Shown here: piece by piece, positions 59,207 through 64,000 of the stretch | How positions within the stretch are numbered: position 1 is the stretch's first letter | How the letters are laid out: each line of letters begins with the position of its first letter | Assembly: GCA_017459345.1 (NCBI GenBank) | Contig: JAFUDC010000138.1 | Location: 10,853 to 74,852 of the forward strand | DNA length: 64,000 nucleotides | Reading direction: 5' to 3' | Source of the DNA: Eubacterium sp. | Lineage (GTDB): Bacteria > Bacillota > Clostridia > Lachnospirales > Lachnospiraceae | The notes under the pieces: model-generated | Told to the model about the DNA's origin: nothing | The model's input: only the letters and a program-made list of their open reading frames with translations | Database searches by the model: none | Made by a program: the position numbers and the translations under genes

Positions 59207-60712
59207 ATGCGTTATTTCTTTGGTCTTGATCTTGGAACTGGTGGAATCAAGTCTGTATTATTTGATGAGACTGGTAAGGAGATTGCATCTGAAATTAAGG
59301 AATATCCACTTTATCAGCCATATAACGGCTGGTCAGAGCAGGATCCCGAAGACTGGTACAATGCGGCCGTTATCACCATGAGGAATGTCATGGAGAAATC
59401 CGGCGTAGCCAAAGAAGATGTTCTGGGTATCGGATTCTCCGGTCAGATGATGGGTGCCGTTCTTCTCGACAAGAATGCCAAGCCCCTCCGCCGTGCCATC
59501 CTCTGGAATGACCAGAGAACCGGTGAAGCTACCGTTGAGATGGCAAAGAGAGTCGGCGCTGACCGTATGCTTGCCGTAACCTGCAATCCGCCCAGAGAGG
59601 GCCTTACCGCTGCCAAGATTTTCTGGGTAGAGATGAATGAGCCGGAAATCTTTGCTCAGTGCGAGCACATCCTTCTTCCCAAGGATTATCTGCGTTTCCG
59701 TCTGACCGGTGATTTCGCTGCCGAGATGTCCGATGCTTCTGCTACTCAGCTTCTGGATACTCCTAAGCGTAAGTGGTCAGAGGAGATGATGGACGGGCTC
59801 AATATCAAGCCTTCCATGCTGGGCAAGCTCTATGAGTCCTGTGAAGTAACAGGAACCCTGATCCCGGATGTAGCTAACCGCATCGGCTTAAGTGAGAAGA
59901 CCATCGTTGTCGGCGGTGCCGGAGATAATGCGGCAGCTTCCGTAGGTACCGGCGTTGTTGCTGAAGGCCGTGCCATGACAACCATCGGAACCTCCGGTGT
60001 TGTATTTGCCTACACTGACAAACCCACCATGGACCCGACAGGTGGTGTGTACACCTTCTGTACCGCAGTTCCCAATGCATGGCATATGATGGGTCTGGTT
60101 AACTCTGCCGGATTCTCTGTAAAATGGTGGCGTAATACCTTCGTTCCCGGCGATGAGGACTATCTTGAGATCGACAATCTGGCCTCCCAGTCCCCCATCG
60201 GCTCCAATAAGCTCATCTACCTTCCCTACCTGATGGGTGAGGCTTCCCCATACTGGGATGTAAACGCACGAGGCGGCTTCTTCGGCCTGTCCTCCATCCA
60301 TACCAAGGGTGATATGACCCGTTCCGTTATGGAAGGTGTCACCTACGCTCTGAATGATTCCATGAAGAAATATCGTGACTTCGGCGTAGATATCAAGACC
60401 ATGAGAATGTGCGGCGGCGGATCCAAGGCACCTATCTGGAGACAGATGATGGCTGATATCTATGATCTTCCGGTAGCTCTTCCGGCAGGCTCCTCCGAGA
60501 ATGCAGCAGCTCTTGGTGCAGCTATCCTTGCCATGGTTGGCGCCGGCGTATATCCATCCGTTCCGGAAGCCTGCGATAAGCTGGTGAAGCTCCGCGATGA
60601 GAAAATTCTCCCGATCCCGGAAAATGTTGCAGAGTATGCCAAGTTCAATGGTGTATACCGTAAGATCTACTCCGCAATCAAGCCCATCAATGATGAGCTG
60701 GCAACACTTTAA
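59207..60712 (+). CDS. Xylulokinase-like FGGY kinase
   Basis: DLGTGGIK, GWSEQDPEDW, GFSGQM, ILWNDQRT, GAGDNAA and GGGSKAPIWRQMMAD; no xylA in the window. Confidence 0.85.
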   Translation: MRYFFGLDLGTGGIKSVLFDETGKEIASEIKEYPLYQPYNGWSEQDPEDWYNAAVITMRNVMEKSGVAKEDVLGIGFSGQMMGAVLLDKNAKPLRRAILWNDQRTGEATVEMAKRVGADRMLAVTCNPPREGLTAAKIFWVEMNEPEIFAQCEHILLPKDYLRFRLTGDFAAEMSDASATQLLDTPKRKWSEEMMDGLNIKPSMLGKLYESCEVTGTLIPDVANRIGLSEKTIVVGGAGDNAAASVGTGVVAEGRAMTTIGTSGVVFAYTDKPTMDPTGGVYTFCTAVPNAWHMMGLVNSAGFSVKWWRNTFVPGDEDYLEIDNLASQSPIGSNKLIYLPYLMGEASPYWDVNARGGFFGLSSIHTKGDMTRSVMEGVTYALNDSMKKYRDFGVDIKTMRMCGGGSKAPIWRQMMADIYDLPVALPAGSSENAAALGAAILAMVGAGVYPSVPEACDKLVKLRDEKILPIPENVAEYAKFNGVYRKIYSAIKPINDELATL

Positions 60713-60770
60713 TATCTTACGTGGAGTCATTGTGATTTAAAGTGAATTAGATATAAAGAAGGCGGCTGTC

Positions 60771-61118
60771 GCACTAAAGCAGCCCGTCCCAAATCGGCAG
60801 GTTTCATGCTTAATTTATTGCATTGAATCCTGCCTTCTTTATTGTGGGAGAAAGAGCAGGGTATGGGGACTGACCTGTTGCGTTTGCTGCCTCGGTTCGC
60901 GCGCCTGTTATCCGCCATTCGCGTAAAACTCGCTTCGCTCGGACAACCGCTCGGTGGCGGAAGCTAGCGCAAACCTCACCGACGCAAACTATTGCAAATG
61001 GTCAGTCCCCATACCCTGCTCTACTTCTCCCATCAACAAAATTTCTCAGGATTCCATTTCTTTATTCATCTAAAACCTGCCGCTTTCCGCCACACCCGCT
61101 GCCTGGGCTGCTTAGTGC
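60771..61118. repeat. Nested palindromic REP/MITE-like element
   Basis: Perfect 23-bp arms at 60853-60875 and 61000-61022. Outer arms at 60771-60785/61105-61118 and 60795/61082. Central CTCGCTTCGCTCG motif. Confidence 0.7.
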
Positions 61119-61399
61119 TCGCCATAGGCTATAACAAACTTATGTATATGGAATAAAGCTCTGTAACATCATTTACTTGTATAATCATTATAATGAGTAT
61201 ATAATCATAAATAGAAAATATTAATAATTGGGGGGAGAGAGTCATGGTAAATGTAGTGATGTAAAAGAATGCGCTATAATTGTTGATATGAGGACTTATT
61301 CTGTTAGAACATTCGTATGTCGCGATCGAAATAATGATGATCTGAAGGCGGTTTATTATAATGAAACAGAATAAACATATATTAAAGGGGTGAATACAA

Positions 61400-62077
61400 A
61401 TGAGGAATTCATTAAAGTACTTTTCGTTATTGCTATTAATTATGTTGGCAATTGGATTATTCCCTGCTAAGGAATACTCTAATGCTCTAACTGTAACGGC
61501 GGCTGAAATACCATGTTCTCATTTTTGGTCAGATTGGGAAACAACAAAGAAGGCAACAATATTCCGCACAGGAACAAAAGAAAGAGAATGCTACGAATGC
61601 GGAGAAGTACAGAAAAAAACAATTTCAAAGCTAAATCCTTTTGCTAAGTTTCCCAAAAAAACCTATAGTCTGAAAGTCGGAAAAACCCTGAAGCTTAAAG
61701 TGAAATATGCCAGTGGCGATAAGGTGAAAAAATGGAAATCTGCTAAGTCTTCCATAGTCACAGTGGATTCGAAGGGCAGGCTAAAAGGAAAAAAAGCCGG
61801 TTCAACTAAAGTTACTGTAATTTTAAAATCTGGTAAGAAGGCAACCTGTAGGGTAAAGGTTCTTGCTGTGAAAAAAACAGCAGCAAAGTCCAAATCTACT
61901 AAAAAAGCAAAATCTGGTTCAAGTAGATCTTCTGGTGGAGGAACTGTTTATTGGACGCCTGGAGGAAGTGTATATCATAAATCCAGAAATTGCAGTACAT
62001 TAAAACGTTCAAAAGTAATCAAAAGCGGGTCGATCAGTCAAAGTGGAAAGTCCCGGGCATGTAAGGTTTGTTATTAA
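61400..62077 (+). CDS. Secreted Ig-like (Big_2) domain protein with a C-terminal Cys/His microdomain
   Basis: Signal peptide, a CSHxW...CxxC repeat, LKVGKTLKL/WKS...VTVDSKG (Big_2-like), a Lys-rich linker and VYWT..G.VYH...C...ACKVC. Confidence 0.65.
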   Translation: MRNSLKYFSLLLLIMLAIGLFPAKEYSNALTVTAAEIPCSHFWSDWETTKKATIFRTGTKERECYECGEVQKKTISKLNPFAKFPKKTYSLKVGKTLKLKVKYASGDKVKKWKSAKSSIVTVDSKGRLKGKKAGSTKVTVILKSGKKATCRVKVLAVKKTAAKSKSTKKAKSGSSRSSGGGTVYWTPGGSVYHKSRNCSTLKRSKVIKSGSISQSGKSRACKVCY

Positions 62078-62148
62078 AAGATAACTAAAGGAGCGAGATG
62101 AGCCTTGCGATTGTCACATTGTCTGCTTCTGCTCCCATATAAAATATA

Positions 62149-62185
62149 CGGCAGGATTTCATGCAGATAAGCATGAATCCTGCCG
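62149..62185. terminator. Hairpin between convergent genes; related to the 60795-60834 hairpin
   Basis: CGGCAGGATTTCATGC/GCATGAATCCTGCCG. Confidence 0.65.
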
Positions 62186-62229
62186 ATTGGGCACGGCTGC
62201 TTGAGTATGGCAGCTATCTCTTGACTGTT

Positions 62230-63558
62230 TTACTGCACATCGTAGGCTTCTGAGCCGTCATCTGTCACACTATCATCCGAGAATTCATCCAGATTATCAT
62301 TATTATCATCCGCTTCATTCTCCAGATCATTAAGGTCTTGATCAAAATCATTCTCCAGGTCATTGCTGTTATTAATGATATCGTCATCTTCATCGTCAGC
62401 ACTGGTTGCTGCCGGAACTTCCTCCGTCACAGCGGCCTGTCTGTCAGCGCCCGCCGGTGAGTGGGCTCTCCTGCTGACCAGAGTGCTGATCAGGGCAAAT
62501 GCAAAGCTGATTATTGCAATGCCCACGCATGCAAGTATTGCATATAGAAGGATTTTCTCCCGGGGAGGAGTATTTTTCGGGCGAATCAGTTCTGACTCAC
62601 CGACCTTTGGGCCAGAGCCTTCCCCGGCCTTCCACCGCTGATTGCGATTTGTATCTGTAGTAATTCCTGTATTGCCAGTCCCGTTTTTAGTTCGGGAGGA
62701 GTTCGATGCAGCTGCCATGTCCTTTCCGGTCTGGGGCTTTGCTCGATCTGCCTGGCCGGGTGTGATGGATTCATCCGCTGCCTGGCCGGATACTGATGGC
62801 GGTGTATAAGGACGTATGGGCGGAGCAGGTTTCTTTTCGGCTCCTTCAAGCGGACTTCTTCCGGCCTGTCTGGGTTTAGCCCCGGCCGCCGCCGCAAGGC
62901 CGGCCGGCAGAGTTCCTGACTTTGGAACTACAGGTGATGATGCCGGAGAATATTCCATAGATGCTGCTTTTGGGGCTTCAACAATGGATCTTTCTGATTC
63001 GTTTGAATTTTCAGTTATGGTTTTTTCCGACTCTTCTGAAGCTTTCTCAGCGGATAACTCCGGATTATCTAAAGCTTGGGCAGCGGGAACGACCGGGACA
63101 GCAGTTTCAGGTTCTGAAGCTTCGGCCTGTCCCTGATTATCAAGGTAGAGGGTGATTCTTACAAGCAGGGGAGATGACTCGTTCTTTACGTATAATTTGC
63201 CCTGGTTGTTCTTTAGAACCTGTTTAAAGTGCCCTCCGACGATTGCGGCATCTGCCCCCTGATAATAGTCGGAGGCCAGAAATTCTTTTACCTTGGTATT
63301 CTGGCTGTCCTTTACATATCCAGCCTTTTGGCCATCCAGATAGATTCCGATGGCCTCCGGACGATAGCTGTTCTCCGGTTCCGGCTTAAGTTCTACGTCG
63401 GAGACAGGATAGAGATATTCCCAAACTCTTCTTCCCTCGCTATATTTTCCAAGTATCTTTTCATCCGGCAAGGCATAGTCTTCATACCGGACTGCAATTC
63501 TGTTATAGGTATCCTGGAAATAATTCATTCCGGATGCTCGAAATCTGACTGCTCTCAT
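62230..63558 (-). CDS. Membrane-anchored protein with a HIRAN-like N-terminal domain
   Basis: VELKPEPENSYRPEAIGIYLDGQKAGYV resembles the HIRAN core; long Pro/Ala/Ser linker, one TM helix and an Asp-rich tail. Confidence 0.55.
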   Translation of the reverse strand: MRAVRFRASGMNYFQDTYNRIAVRYEDYALPDEKILGKYSEGRRVWEYLYPVSDVELKPEPENSYRPEAIGIYLDGQKAGYVKDSQNTKVKEFLASDYYQGADAAIVGGHFKQVLKNNQGKLYVKNESSPLLVRITLYLDNQGQAEASEPETAVPVVPAAQALDNPELSAEKASEESEKTITENSNESERSIVEAPKAASMEYSPASSPVVPKSGTLPAGLAAAAGAKPRQAGRSPLEGAEKKPAPPIRPYTPPSVSGQAADESITPGQADRAKPQTGKDMAAASNSSRTKNGTGNTGITTDTNRNQRWKAGEGSGPKVGESELIRPKNTPPREKILLYAILACVGIAIISFAFALISTLVSRRAHSPAGADRQAAVTEEVPAATSADDEDDDIINNSNDLENDFDQDLNDLENEADDNNDNLDEFSDDSVTDDGSEAYDVQ

Positions 63559-63690
63559 ATGTTTTTCCTCTGTAGATTTATTTATAATATGATAATATCA
63601 CAATACGAGAAAGATTTAAACCAACATCATTAAGAAATCTACAATTAAATACTATATGAAATTGCACGTGTGGTCTTACCGTCCGCTCAT

Positions 63691-63985
63691 TTATGACTGA
63701 TTTTCCTTTATTACCTGATCCAGTCATATTATTTTACTGAGTTACTCGAAATTTGATCTACCAGGAGCTCTTGTTTTATGACTATTCCTCCTTTATTACC
63801 TGAATCAGTCATAATATTTACTGAGTTACTCGAAATTTCATCTACCAGGAGCTCTTATTTTATGACTGATTTTCCTTTATTGCCTGATTTAGTCATAATA
63901 TTTTACTGAGTTACTCGAAATTTCATCTTCCAGGAACTTTTATTTTATGACTAATCTTCTTTTATTTATTGAATCAGTCATAAAA
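63691..63985. repeat. Tandem array of about 85-bp units (3.5 copies), each with an internal inverted repeat
   Basis: Units start at 63691, 63776, 63860 and 63945. Each has TTATGACT...AGTCATA; the three full units also carry TTTACTGAGTTACTCGAAATTT. Confidence 0.85.
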
Positions 63986-64000
63986 ATCTTCGAAGATTAT

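Noticed and set aside
63691-63985. CRISPR array
   Set aside because: Whole units are near-identical with no unique spacers, and no cas genes are in the window.

Overview
About 64 kb of chromosome from a Lachnospiraceae-like clostridial Firmicute (lineage inferred from gene content and synteny). No rRNA, tRNA, CRISPR array or transposase was recognised. The first 24 kb is mostly housekeeping: whiA, a Crh-like HPr, fruK-fruA, a PTP-fold phosphatase, a GlgB homologue with degenerate catalytic motifs, HIT, flavin reductase, murA, metK, coaBC, an RluA-type synthase, oppBCDFA, proS and an ECF sigma/anti-sigma pair. From 24.7 to 60.7 kb is a mosaic of sugar and polyol-phosphate catabolic genes with two candidate undescribed systems. 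(1) A locus with four divergent DeoC-like aldolases, an FGGY kinase, a long transaldolase-family protein and two TIM-barrel signal-transduction proteins, one fused to an AraC HTH. (2) A dispersed regulon joining a form IV RuBisCO-like protein, two SorC-family regulators, two divergently transcribed GlpA-like flavin/[2Fe-2S] dehydrogenases with partner subunits, two FGGY kinases, a cupin and a glycerol-1-phosphate dehydrogenase homologue. It is tied together by five copies of an 18-bp palindrome (ANWGAA-N6-TTCWMT), each 24-25 nt upstream of a -10 box. The right end holds a roughly 350-bp nested palindromic element, a membrane-anchored HIRAN-like protein and an 85-bp tandem repeat. Two genes in the supplied ORF track (38385..38753 and 38768..40042) are labelled + but read on the minus strand. 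All calls are by eye, with no database searches.
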